A model generated the notes under the pieces. That model saw nothing but the letters and a program-made list of their open reading frames with translations. It was not told the DNA's origin and did no database searches. Positions 8,303 through 16,740 of a DNA stretch of 39,144 bases are shown here, piece by piece. How positions within the stretch are numbered: the stretch's first letter is position 1; each line of letters opens with the position of its first letter. The DNA comes from a virus: positions 1 to 39,144 of the IMG/VR virus record IMGVR_UViG_3300005454_000004, one strand, 5' to 3'. Position numbers and translations under genes: made by a program.

Positions 8303-9091
8303 ATGCTCATCTTCAAGCTGCTCGCTTCCTACCTCACCCTCGGCCACACCCCGCCTGCGGACGACAATCCCGATGCCGGTGCCGGTGCCGGCGGCGATGG
8401 CGCGGAGCCGCCCGACAAGCCGGACGGCGCTGGCGCGGACGGCGACGACGTCGATCCCGACCTCTCGGCGCTGGACGACGACGACGAGCCCGATGCGGCC
8501 GAGCAGCTCGCGACCGAGCGCGCGGCGCGCGCCAAGGCGGAGCGCGAGCTGGCGGAATCCCGCTCCCGATTCGAGGCCGAGCAGCGCGCGCGCTCCCAGC
8601 CCCCGCAGCCCTCGCAGGAAGAGCGGATCCGGGCCGCAGAAGAAGCTCGCCTCGCCGACCCGCAGATCTCCGACCAGGAGCGCTGGCAGATCGAGGCCAA
8701 TCGGACGCTCCGCCAGAACCACCAAGCCTCCCAGCAGGCCCTCTTCCAGTCGCGCGAGATCGCCGACAAGGCCGAGTACGAGCGCCTGTGCGGCTCGAAC
8801 CCGCTTGCGAAGAAGTACGCCACGCGGGTCGAGGAGAAGCTCACCGAGATCCGCCGCGGCGGCCAGAACGTGGAGCGCAAGTTCGTCCTCAAGCTGCTGA
8901 TCGGCGATGACCTCGTGGAGGGACGCGTGAAGAGTTCGAAGAAGAAAGAACCGGGCACCGGCACCGAGCCGGCGGCCGGAACGACCGTTCCTCGCGGCAA
9001 GCCCGCGATGGCGCGCAGCGATGTCCGCGGCCGCGCCGGCAACTCCGAGCGCGACAAGCGCCGGGCACGACTCGACGGACAACTCATCTGA
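8303..9091 (+). CDS. Putative scaffolding protein (262 aa)
   Basis: Immediately upstream of the major capsid gene. Very acidic N-terminal region, long charged helical segments (ERAARAKAERELAESRSRFEAEQRA) and a basic C-terminus. The only Met in the N-terminal region is at 8303. Confidence 0.6.
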   Translation: MLIFKLLASYLTLGHTPPADDNPDAGAGAGGDGAEPPDKPDGAGADGDDVDPDLSALDDDDEPDAAEQLATERAARAKAERELAESRSRFEAEQRARSQPPQPSQEERIRAAEEARLADPQISDQERWQIEANRTLRQNHQASQQALFQSREIADKAEYERLCGSNPLAKKYATRVEEKLTEIRRGGQNVERKFVLKLLIGDDLVEGRVKSSKKKEPGTGTEPAAGTTVPRGKPAMARSDVRGRAGNSERDKRRARLDGQLI

Positions 9092-9101
9092 GGTGGCGAC
9101 C

Positions 9102-10514
9102 ATGAAAAAAGCCCTGACCCTGATCCTCGGTTTCCTGACCCTGGGCGTGGTGAACGCCGCCGCGAGCTTCACCGCGGACGTCGAGGCCTTCATCCAGGAA
9201 GAAGTCGAGCCGCTCGCGCGCCGCCAACTGGTCGCCTACCAGTTCGGCAAGCCGCTGCACCTCGACGTGAACCGCGGAACCACGTACACGGCTTCGCGCT
9301 ACCAGCGACTGCCGCTCCCCTTCGCGCAGCTGCAGGAAGGCGTCGCCCCCTCGGGCTCGGCGATGACGCTCTTCCAGGTGTCCGCGACCGCCCAGCAGTG
9401 GGGCGACTGCGTGATCATCACCGACGTCGCGAACCTCACGATCAAGCACCCGCTCTTCCAGCAGGCGATCCAGCTGGTCTCGCTGCAGATGCCCGAGACC
9501 TTCGAGCGCAACACGTTCAACACGCTGCTCGCCGCGAACCAGGTGAACTACGCCAACGGCCGCGCGAGCCGCGCCGCGATCGTCGCCACCGACGTGATGA
9601 CCCCGCACGAGTCGAACAAGGTCTACGGCTCGCTCGTGACCTACGGCGCGCCGCGCTTCAACGGCGACGAGCGCGAGGACATGATGATCGAGGCGGGCGC
9701 CTACCGCGATCCCTCGAAGTCCCCGGCGGTGATGCAGCACTACGTCGGCATCATCCACCCGCTCGCCGCGCAGGACATGCGCGAGAACGCGCAGGTGAAC
9801 ACCGCCTGGTCGTTCTCCGACATCAACCGGCTCTACAACAACGAGCTGGGCGCCTTCGGCGGGATCCGCTGGGTCGAGTCGAACATGGTCCCGTACTGGA
9901 CCGGCAACGCGCTGGTGAGCGGCACCGCGTCCGCCGTCGGCGGGGCGCTCGCGACCTCGGCGACCTACAACATCATCGTGACGGCCGCACCGGCCCTCAC
10001 CTCGGTGGAGCAGCAGATCTACCAGGTGTCCGGCAACATCAGCGTGACGGGCCCGACCGGCTCGATCTCGGTGACGCTGCCCACGCGCGCCGGCTACGTG
10101 TTCAACGTGTACATCGGCACGTCGGCCAGCCCGACCAACCTCGCGCTGTGCTCGGCGGGTCCCGCCACGGGTCCGCTCGCCGGCCAGGCCACCCAGCTGC
10201 CCTCGGGCGCGACGGTGGTCCTCACGGGTATCGGCGCCTCGCAGACCCCGCCCGCCGCGCCCGCGACCGGCGTCACGGTCTTCCCGACGTTCGTGATCGG
10301 GAACCAGAGCTACGGCCAGGTGATCCTCGAGAACCCCGAGTTCCACTACCTCACCGGGGCCGACAAGAGCGATCGCCTGAACCAGACCCGCGTCGTGTCG
10401 TGGAAGGCGTTCTACGGCTCGATCATCCTCAACCAGGCCTTCCTCGCGCGCATCGAGCATTCGAGCGCGTTCTCGCCGGGCTTCTCGGCCGGGACGATGG
10501 CGGACCTCTCGTAA
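9102..10514 (+). CDS. Major capsid protein, N4-gp56-like HK97-fold family (470 aa)
   Basis: ATG preceded by GAGGTGG. The size, the position after the scaffold and my recollection of this family's sequences support the call. No search was run. Confidence 0.8.
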   Translation: MKKALTLILGFLTLGVVNAAASFTADVEAFIQEEVEPLARRQLVAYQFGKPLHLDVNRGTTYTASRYQRLPLPFAQLQEGVAPSGSAMTLFQVSATAQQWGDCVIITDVANLTIKHPLFQQAIQLVSLQMPETFERNTFNTLLAANQVNYANGRASRAAIVATDVMTPHESNKVYGSLVTYGAPRFNGDEREDMMIEAGAYRDPSKSPAVMQHYVGIIHPLAAQDMRENAQVNTAWSFSDINRLYNNELGAFGGIRWVESNMVPYWTGNALVSGTASAVGGALATSATYNIIVTAAPALTSVEQQIYQVSGNISVTGPTGSISVTLPTRAGYVFNVYIGTSASPTNLALCSAGPATGPLAGQATQLPSGATVVLTGIGASQTPPAAPATGVTVFPTFVIGNQSYGQVILENPEFHYLTGADKSDRLNQTRVVSWKAFYGSIILNQAFLARIEHSSAFSPGFSAGTMADLS

Positions 10515-10527
10515 CCAGGAGTAGCTG

Positions 10528-11121
10528 ATGACCAAGAAGGCCACGGGCGGCGCCACGCCGCCCGGTGTTTCTCCGGAGCAGCACATCGAGATCGCGTCGA
10601 CCACCGGCGCGAAAGCGAGCGACGTGAACAAGCTGCTCGCCGAGATCGAAGAGCTCAAGGCGAAGCTGCAGCTCTCGGAGGAACAGCGCAGCGAGGCCGA
10701 GGCGGCCGCGCTCGCGATGGCCGAGGCGCAGGGCGCGCTCATGCAGCGCGAGATCCGCGAGGTGCCGACCGGGAAGTTCGTGACGGTGAAGCGCGCGGTC
10801 GACCCGAAGACCGGCAAGCCCTCGTACCGCGTCGCGGGCTACAAGGATGACGGCCGCGAGATCCTGAAGCCGGTCTTTCACGACTTCAAGCTCCCGACCT
10901 ACTTCTACAAGGTCGACATGCCGCCCGTCGGCGGCGTGGACCTCAAAATCAACGACGTCTCGTTCTACCACGGCGTGGTGTACGAGCTCGACATCGACAC
11001 GCTCCGCAGCGTGAAGGAGATGGTCTATCGTCTCTGGGACCACGACCGCAGCATCCACGGCTCCGACGAGAATTTCTACCGGAAGCCCCAGGAGACGACC
11101 CTCACCGGCGCGAGGCGCTGA
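10528..11121 (+). CDS. Hypothetical head-associated protein (197 aa) with an N-terminal coiled coil
   Basis: High GC3. It follows the capsid gene, and its stop overlaps the next start. Confidence 0.7.
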   Translation: MTKKATGGATPPGVSPEQHIEIASTTGAKASDVNKLLAEIEELKAKLQLSEEQRSEAEAAALAMAEAQGALMQREIREVPTGKFVTVKRAVDPKTGKPSYRVAGYKDDGREILKPVFHDFKLPTYFYKVDMPPVGGVDLKINDVSFYHGVVYELDIDTLRSVKEMVYRLWDHDRSIHGSDENFYRKPQETTLTGARR

Positions 11122-11555
11122 TGGGGGCCCAGATCGAGGCCCAAGACGTCGCGGCCCGGGCGGTCGTCGGCACTTTCCAGTGCCAGATGCAGCTCTCCAA
11201 CGCGCGCTCCATCGTGATCACGGGGCACATCTACGACAACGACACGAAGGTGCAGCTGAACCAGCGCATCGACTTGTACCAGGACGCGGTCGATCGCCAG
11301 GCGCTGCGCGTTTCCATCACCGAGCAGGAGCTTCGTCGCAAGGCGATGATGGGCGGCATCGAGCAGGTGAAGCGCCAGCTCGAGGAGCTCAAGGCGCGCC
11401 AGGACGCGAAAGGCGGCGGCGCGAAGCGCCTGAACTCGCAGGACATGGTCAAGATCCAGAACGGCGACAACCAGATCAAGTCGATGCTCGAAAACATCGA
11501 GCAGCTCGACAAGGACATCCTCGAGGGCAAGCGCAAGCTCGGGATGGAAGTGTGA
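11121..11555 (+). CDS. Hypothetical protein (144 aa), helical C-terminal half
   Basis: High GC3. Its ATG (11121) starts on the last base of the TGA stop of the preceding ORF (TGATG). Confidence 0.7.
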   Translation: MGAQIEAQDVAARAVVGTFQCQMQLSNARSIVITGHIYDNDTKVQLNQRIDLYQDAVDRQALRVSITEQELRRKAMMGGIEQVKRQLEELKARQDAKGGGAKRLNSQDMVKIQNGDNQIKSMLENIEQLDKDILEGKRKLGMEV

Positions 11556-11559
11556 GCTC

Positions 11560-12774
11560 GTGCAAACCGCCCAGCAGATCTGTCTGCTCGCTTCCACGGT
11601 CGCCAAGGGCGGGACCGGCATGGTCGCGACCGCCGGCCAGTTCCTGAACCTCACGCTTCAGGACCTCAAGCTCAACCGCCAGCTCAAGATCAACCGCGTC
11701 ACGCAGACCCTCAACGTGCCCGCGGGCTCGAACGGCCCGTTCACGCTCGAGACGGACTACCTTCGGACGTACGACATGTTCTACCCGCTCCAAGGGCCGA
11801 ACGGCATGACGCAGTTCCTCACGCCGATCACCATGGAGCAGTATGACGAGGAGTGGAAGAACCCGTCGGTCTCGAACTTCCCCTACGAGTTCGCCACCGA
11901 CCTCTCGACGCAGGCGAAGCTCGCGACCGCGACGGTGATCCCGACGGGCACGGTGGGATCGCTCACGGTAACGGCGAGCGGTTCGGGTTTCACGTCCTTT
12001 CCCGCCCTCGGCTTCTCGGGTGGCGGCGGCACGGGCGCCGCCGGCTCGCCGCACATGGGGTTTTCATTCGGCGGGGTCAACAACGGCGGCGCCGGCTACG
12101 TCGTCGGAGACGTGTTGACGTTGGTCGGTGGCACCTTCACGCGTCCCGCGAAGATCCTGGTGCGCACCGTCGGCGGCGGTGGCTCGGTTTCCAATCTTGT
12201 GATCGTCGACACCGGCGACTACACGGCGCTCCCTGCGGGGCTCGGCGTCTCGATTATCACCACCGGCGGAACCGGCAACGGCATGCTCTTCGCGTGGCTC
12301 GAGATGCTGATCTCCTCGGCCGTCGTGACGAACGCGGGCGCGAATTACACGTCGGCCCCGACGGTGACCGTGACCGGCGGCGCCGGCACCGGCGCGCACG
12401 TGACGGCGGCCATCTCCGCAGGCTCGACGGTCCTCGGCTCCGGCCAGCTCTACATCTACCCGCAGTCGTCGGGCGCGCTCGCGATCACGCATCGGTACAT
12501 GCGCGACCAGCCCGATCTCGTGAACCCGGAATCGAGCTCCGAGGTTCCGTGGTTCCCTCACCAGCAGTACCTCATCCACCAGGTCGCCGCGATGATGATG
12601 GGGATCTCGGGCGACGACCGGCAGGCGAACTTCCTCGCCCAGGCCGAGACCATGCTGCGCCCGTTCCTCATCATGGAAGGCGACGAGCAGCAGACCGTGC
12701 GCTCGATCCGCCTGGACCCCCGCCACTTCAAGTCGAACCGGGGCCTGCGGCCGACGAAGGTCAATCCGTACTAG
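11560..12774 (+). CDS. Putative head-tail adaptor / tail-tubular-A-like protein with inserted Gly-rich repeat domains (404 aa)
   Basis: GTG start. Two repeat units of the type NxGxGYxxxPxVxxxGGxGxGAxxxA. The position after the head genes is the basis for the functional label, which is tentative. Confidence 0.55.
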   Translation: MQTAQQICLLASTVAKGGTGMVATAGQFLNLTLQDLKLNRQLKINRVTQTLNVPAGSNGPFTLETDYLRTYDMFYPLQGPNGMTQFLTPITMEQYDEEWKNPSVSNFPYEFATDLSTQAKLATATVIPTGTVGSLTVTASGSGFTSFPALGFSGGGGTGAAGSPHMGFSFGGVNNGGAGYVVGDVLTLVGGTFTRPAKILVRTVGGGGSVSNLVIVDTGDYTALPAGLGVSIITTGGTGNGMLFAWLEMLISSAVVTNAGANYTSAPTVTVTGGAGTGAHVTAAISAGSTVLGSGQLYIYPQSSGALAITHRYMRDQPDLVNPESSSEVPWFPHQQYLIHQVAAMMMGISGDDRQANFLAQAETMLRPFLIMEGDEQQTVRSIRLDPRHFKSNRGLRPTKVNPY

Positions 12775-12783
12775 GCCCCGGGC

Positions 12784-14403
12784 ATGATCCCCCAGAGCCG
12801 CCCGATCCGCTTCACCGCGAAAGGACTCACGGACGCCTTCGACGCGACCGACGAGTTCAAGGGCGCGTGCCAGTCGCTCTCGAACCTCATCTTCGACCAG
12901 TCCAATCCGGAGCTGGTGATCCCGCGCCCGGGCGTGCAGCAGACCGGCGCGATCCCGAATAGCGGCTTCGTCTCGACCCATGTAACCGTCGGCACGCGCA
13001 TCTACGGGATGGTGGCGTCGGCGGCTTTCGCCGGCCACGACGAGCCGTTCTGCTACGACACCAGCACGACGTCTTTCGTGCCGATCACGGGCGTGACGGC
13101 CGCGAACACGCCGACGTCCCCGATCTCGGTCCTCTCGGACTGGACCCCGCCCACCATCGCGTCGGTGGGCGTGTACCTCGTCGTGACGCACCCGGGCTTC
13201 AACGGCACGGGCACGCTCTTCTTCGGCCTGATCGACCTCTCGAACCCGGCGATTCCGATCTGGAGCTCGGCGAACTGCACGACCAACCCGCTCACGGCGG
13301 TGCCGAAGGCAGTCGCGAACCTGAATAACCGCGCCTACTTCGCGGTAAAGAACCAAGTGCAATTCAGCGACGTGCTGAACCCGAAGGTGCGCACGAACGC
13401 GACCCAGGCGCTCACGATCTCCGACACCGAGGACATCAACGCGCTCTCGGGCCTGCCTGTTCAGACCACGAGCTCGGGCGTGGTGGGCGCGCTCGTGATC
13501 TGGAAGACCTCGCAACTGTGGCAGGTGACGGGCGATCCCACGACGAACGACCTCGCCGAGAACTTCATCTCGCTCACCGTCGGCACGCTCTCGCCGCGCA
13601 CGATCGCGCAATCACCCGCGGGCGTCTATTTCATCTCGACGTCGGGTCCGTACTTCATCGACCCGCTGGGCACGCTGCGGCCGCTCACCGTGCGCGTGGA
13701 TAGCGCCGAGCCCGACGTGCAGCTGCCGTTCATCAACGCGACGCGGCCCTCACGCTGGGCGGGCGCCTACGCCTCGTCCATCTACCGGGTCTGTGGTCCC
13801 GCCGAGATCGACGGCACGGAGGTGACGCAGGACTACTGGTTCGACGAGCACCGCCGACGCTGGAGTGGGCCGCACACGTTCGCCTACGACTGCGCGAGCA
13901 CGATGAAGGGCTTCTTCATCCTCTCGTCCTATCTGCATGGCGGCGTCCTGTGCTCGAGCGACGTCGTGCCTAAGCTCTCGACCGTCTATACCGACCTCGG
14001 GGCTACGTACACCGTGGACCTCCAATCGTCGACCTTCCCGAAGACCGGCGACATGTGCATGAAGCAGGTGGTGGAGTCGCAGATCGAGCTGGGCGGCTCC
14101 TCGGTCACGTACACGATCACGGCCGAGGACGAGGCTGGCAACGTGCTGGACAGCGTGACGATCACCACGCCCGCGAGCAACGTCCCGGTGTGGGGCGGCG
14201 GCGCCGTGTGGGGCGATGGGACCCTCTGGACCGGCGCGCGCAGCCAGCCACCGCTCACCTATCCCGTCCCGTGGACGAAGCCCCTCGTCTTCGAGAAGCT
14301 GCAGCTGCACATCACGGCGCCCGTGAGCTCGTCGCTCAAGATCGGGACGTTCTTCGCGCGCTACCAACAGACCGGCTACATGACCCCAGGACCCACGCCA
14401 TGA
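12784..14403 (+). CDS. Putative tail (nozzle / tubular-B-like) protein (539 aa)
   Basis: Large beta-rich ORF between the adaptor-like and fibre-like genes. High GC3. The function is inferred from position only. Confidence 0.55.
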   Translation: MIPQSRPIRFTAKGLTDAFDATDEFKGACQSLSNLIFDQSNPELVIPRPGVQQTGAIPNSGFVSTHVTVGTRIYGMVASAAFAGHDEPFCYDTSTTSFVPITGVTAANTPTSPISVLSDWTPPTIASVGVYLVVTHPGFNGTGTLFFGLIDLSNPAIPIWSSANCTTNPLTAVPKAVANLNNRAYFAVKNQVQFSDVLNPKVRTNATQALTISDTEDINALSGLPVQTTSSGVVGALVIWKTSQLWQVTGDPTTNDLAENFISLTVGTLSPRTIAQSPAGVYFISTSGPYFIDPLGTLRPLTVRVDSAEPDVQLPFINATRPSRWAGAYASSIYRVCGPAEIDGTEVTQDYWFDEHRRRWSGPHTFAYDCASTMKGFFILSSYLHGGVLCSSDVVPKLSTVYTDLGATYTVDLQSSTFPKTGDMCMKQVVESQIELGGSSVTYTITAEDEAGNVLDSVTITTPASNVPVWGGGAVWGDGTLWTGARSQPPLTYPVPWTKPLVFEKLQLHITAPVSSSLKIGTFFARYQQTGYMTPGPTP

Positions 14404-14969
14404 AAACGCTCGCCGCACTTCGCCAGTTCCTCACGCTCGGCGTGATCATCGGGGCGCTGCCCAGCACGATCTCCAACGGGAATGCGGTCGACGCGATCCC
14501 GGTGATGAACGACCTGAACTTCATCGTGGCGCAGGTGAACGCGAACGCGGCGGCGGCCTCCTCGGTCCCGGCCTTCACGAACGTGACGTCCTTCACGCCG
14601 ACGCTTTCCTTCGGCGGCTCGAGCACGGGCATCACCTACCTCATCCAGACCGCGGCCTACGTGAAGATCGCCACCATGGTGCTCTTCACGATCGACATCT
14701 TCCTCACGAGCAAGGGCGCGCAGGTTGGGGCCGCCTCGGTGGGCGGGTTGCCGTTCGCCTCGAGCGGGAGCTTTCCGCCTGGCAGCGCGCCGACGGTCAC
14801 CATCCTCACCCAGAACGTGACCTTCGCCGCGGGCTACATCGTCGGGCTTCTGAGCGGTTCGAGCATCTCGATCATCAACCCCGTGACGGCCGCCTCCTTC
14901 AACACGCTCACGAACGTGGCGTTCGCGAACAACTCCGAGCTCATCATCACGGGCATGTACTCGACCTAA
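14400..14969 (+). CDS. Tail-fibre-like protein (189 aa), with the leader motif
   Basis: ATGA overlap with the previous gene. SNGNAVDAIPVMNDLNFIVAQVNANA resembles the conserved N-terminal segment of many phage fibre proteins. N-terminus MKTLAALRQFLTLGVIIG. Confidence 0.65.
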   Translation: MKTLAALRQFLTLGVIIGALPSTISNGNAVDAIPVMNDLNFIVAQVNANAAAASSVPAFTNVTSFTPTLSFGGSSTGITYLIQTAAYVKIATMVLFTIDIFLTSKGAQVGAASVGGLPFASSGSFPPGSAPTVTILTQNVTFAAGYIVGLLSGSSISIINPVTAASFNTLTNVAFANNSELIITGMYST

Positions 14970-14985
14970 AAGCCCAAATTTGGGC
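14968..14985. promoter_or_regulatory. Copy 3 of the motif: AAAA + perfect palindrome GCCCAAATTTGGGC (14972-14985)
   Basis: It lies immediately after the fibre gene stop and 40 nt upstream of the GTG at 15025 (RBS AAGGGGGGAA). Confidence 0.55.
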
Positions 14986-15024
14986 GGATGCGAGTAGCAT
15001 AGCGCCCAAGGGGGGAATACCACC

Positions 15025-16740
15025 GTGCCGCTCCCGGCTTTCGCTCTCAGCTACCGCGACTATCTGCAGAACGCTCTCGGGACGAACTCGTCCGAGAACG
15101 CGTCGCAGCCCATGTCGGAGAGCGAGTGGAACAGCCTCTCTCCGGACCAGCAGTGGGGGTTCCTCGGCTTCGGTTCGGGCGGGGTCCAGGTCGGCGCCAA
15201 CGACCCGCGCTACCAGGCCCTCTCGACTGCGTTCGGCGGCGGCGACAACAACCAGGTGCTCGTGATGCCTGGCACTTTCGATCCCGCGAACGTGAACAAC
15301 CGCGGGGTGACTCGCTTCACCGATCCGTCGCACGTCGGGCAGGGGGACGGCTACTACGCCACGCCCTCGAGCAACGCGACGCCAGCCGCGCAGAACCAGG
15401 GCGGCTGGAGCGATCGGGAGTGGGCCTTGAACACGGCGCTTTTGTTCGCCGGCGGCTACTTCGGTGCGGGCGCTTTGGGCGGGGAAGGCGCGATGGGCGG
15501 CGTCGATCTGGGCGTCGGCGGCGGTCTCGACCCGGAAACCATCGCGCTCGCGAGTGGCGCGAGCCCCGGGGCTGCGGCAGGCACAGCCGGGACCGCGGGC
15601 ACGGTGGCGGGCGGCGCGGCTGGAGCCGGCGGCGGCACTGCGGGCACTGTCGGTGCTGGCACTGCGGGCGCCGGCGCTGCGGGTGGTGCGACGGCGGTCG
15701 GCGGCGGTGCGGCTGCCGGTGGTGGCACTGCGGGTACGGTGGCGGGCGGTGCGGCTGCCGGTGGTGGCGCTGTGGCAGCTGGCGACGTGGCCGGTGGCGC
15801 TGCGGGCGGGACTGCCGGGGGAGGCGTGAACTGGGGGCAGATCATCCAGTCCGCGCTCGGCATGGGGTCGGGTATTTCCGGGCTCGTGGGCCGCAACGGC
15901 GGCGCGACGGCCTACGTCCCGCAGTGGCAAGCCGGCGCGGACCAGATGTGGCAGAACCTCATGCACGGCGCGGGCGACGCGTACGGCGCGCAGCGTGACG
16001 CGCTGCTGCCGTTCCTGCAGAACTCGTTCCGCGCGGGTTCGGCCGAAGTGCCGGGCGTGCAGGGCCGCATGCGCGACATCGCGAACATCGACATCGACCA
16101 GGCGAATAACCTCTTCACCGCCGGGGACCAGCTGCGCACGTCGGGGCGCGATCTCTGGACCACGGCCAACGACCCGCAGGGCGCGCTGCGCGCGCGGATG
16201 CTCGGCGAAACGCAGGAGCAATCGCGCGCCTCGAGTTCGCTGCGCGGCATCGGCATGGGCGCGCAGGCTGCTGGCCTTGAGAACGAGGCGGTGAGCAACT
16301 TCGGGATGAACTGGGAAGACCGCCAGCTCGCGCGCCAGGAGGCGGGGCTGCGCGGCATGACCGGAGCGTACAACACCGCCGGCATGAACACACAGGCGGG
16401 CGTCTCGGACCTCACCTCGGCCGCGCAGATGAATATCGGCGCTTTGAGCCTGCCGTTCGACTTCGCCAACTCGTACTCGGGCGCGATGAACAACGGCATC
16501 TACAACCCGGCTTTCGGGATGATGGGCAATCTCGCCTCGTACCTGGGCCTCGGCCAATCCGGCGGCAACAACGCGTTCAACCAGGGACAGACCAACCTCA
16601 ACAACCTCACGACGGGCCTCGGGCAATTCGGCAACGCCGGCGGATGGGGCGCGCTCTCGCGCTTCTTCGGCGGTGGTGGTGGCGGTGGTGGTGGCAGCGA
16701 CGGGGGCGTCGGCAACTGGGATAACTGGACGACTGGGTAA
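15025..16740 (+). CDS. Putative internal virion / ejection protein with a Gly/Ala-rich repeat core and poly-Gly tail (571 aa)
   Basis: GTG start. High GC3. GTAGTVAGGAA-type repeats and a GGGGGGGGSDGG tail. First of three large ORFs after the fibre gene, as in podovirus ejection-protein blocks. Confidence 0.7.
   Translation: MPLPAFALSYRDYLQNALGTNSSENASQPMSESEWNSLSPDQQWGFLGFGSGGVQVGANDPRYQALSTAFGGGDNNQVLVMPGTFDPANVNNRGVTRFTDPSHVGQGDGYYATPSSNATPAAQNQGGWSDREWALNTALLFAGGYFGAGALGGEGAMGGVDLGVGGGLDPETIALASGASPGAAAGTAGTAGTVAGGAAGAGGGTAGTVGAGTAGAGAAGGATAVGGGAAAGGGTAGTVAGGAAAGGGAVAAGDVAGGAAGGTAGGGVNWGQIIQSALGMGSGISGLVGRNGGATAYVPQWQAGADQMWQNLMHGAGDAYGAQRDALLPFLQNSFRAGSAEVPGVQGRMRDIANIDIDQANNLFTAGDQLRTSGRDLWTTANDPQGALRARMLGETQEQSRASSSLRGIGMGAQAAGLENEAVSNFGMNWEDRQLARQEAGLRGMTGAYNTAGMNTQAGVSDLTSAAQMNIGALSLPFDFANSYSGAMNNGIYNPAFGMMGNLASYLGLGQSGGNNAFNQGQTNLNNLTTGLGQFGNAGGWGALSRFFGGGGGGGGGSDGGVGNWDNWTTG
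15560..15825 (+). repeat. Imperfect tandem repeats inside the CDS that encode the Gly/Ala/Thr low-complexity segment
   Basis: Repeated ggcactgcgggyacbgtsg / gcggctgccggtggtggc units are visible in the DNA. Confidence 0.6.

Noticed and set aside
15560-15825. A CRISPR array or noncoding VNTR.
   Set aside because: The repeats are imperfect, have no spacers, are in frame, and encode a Gly/Ala/Thr low-complexity segment within a long high-GC3 ORF.
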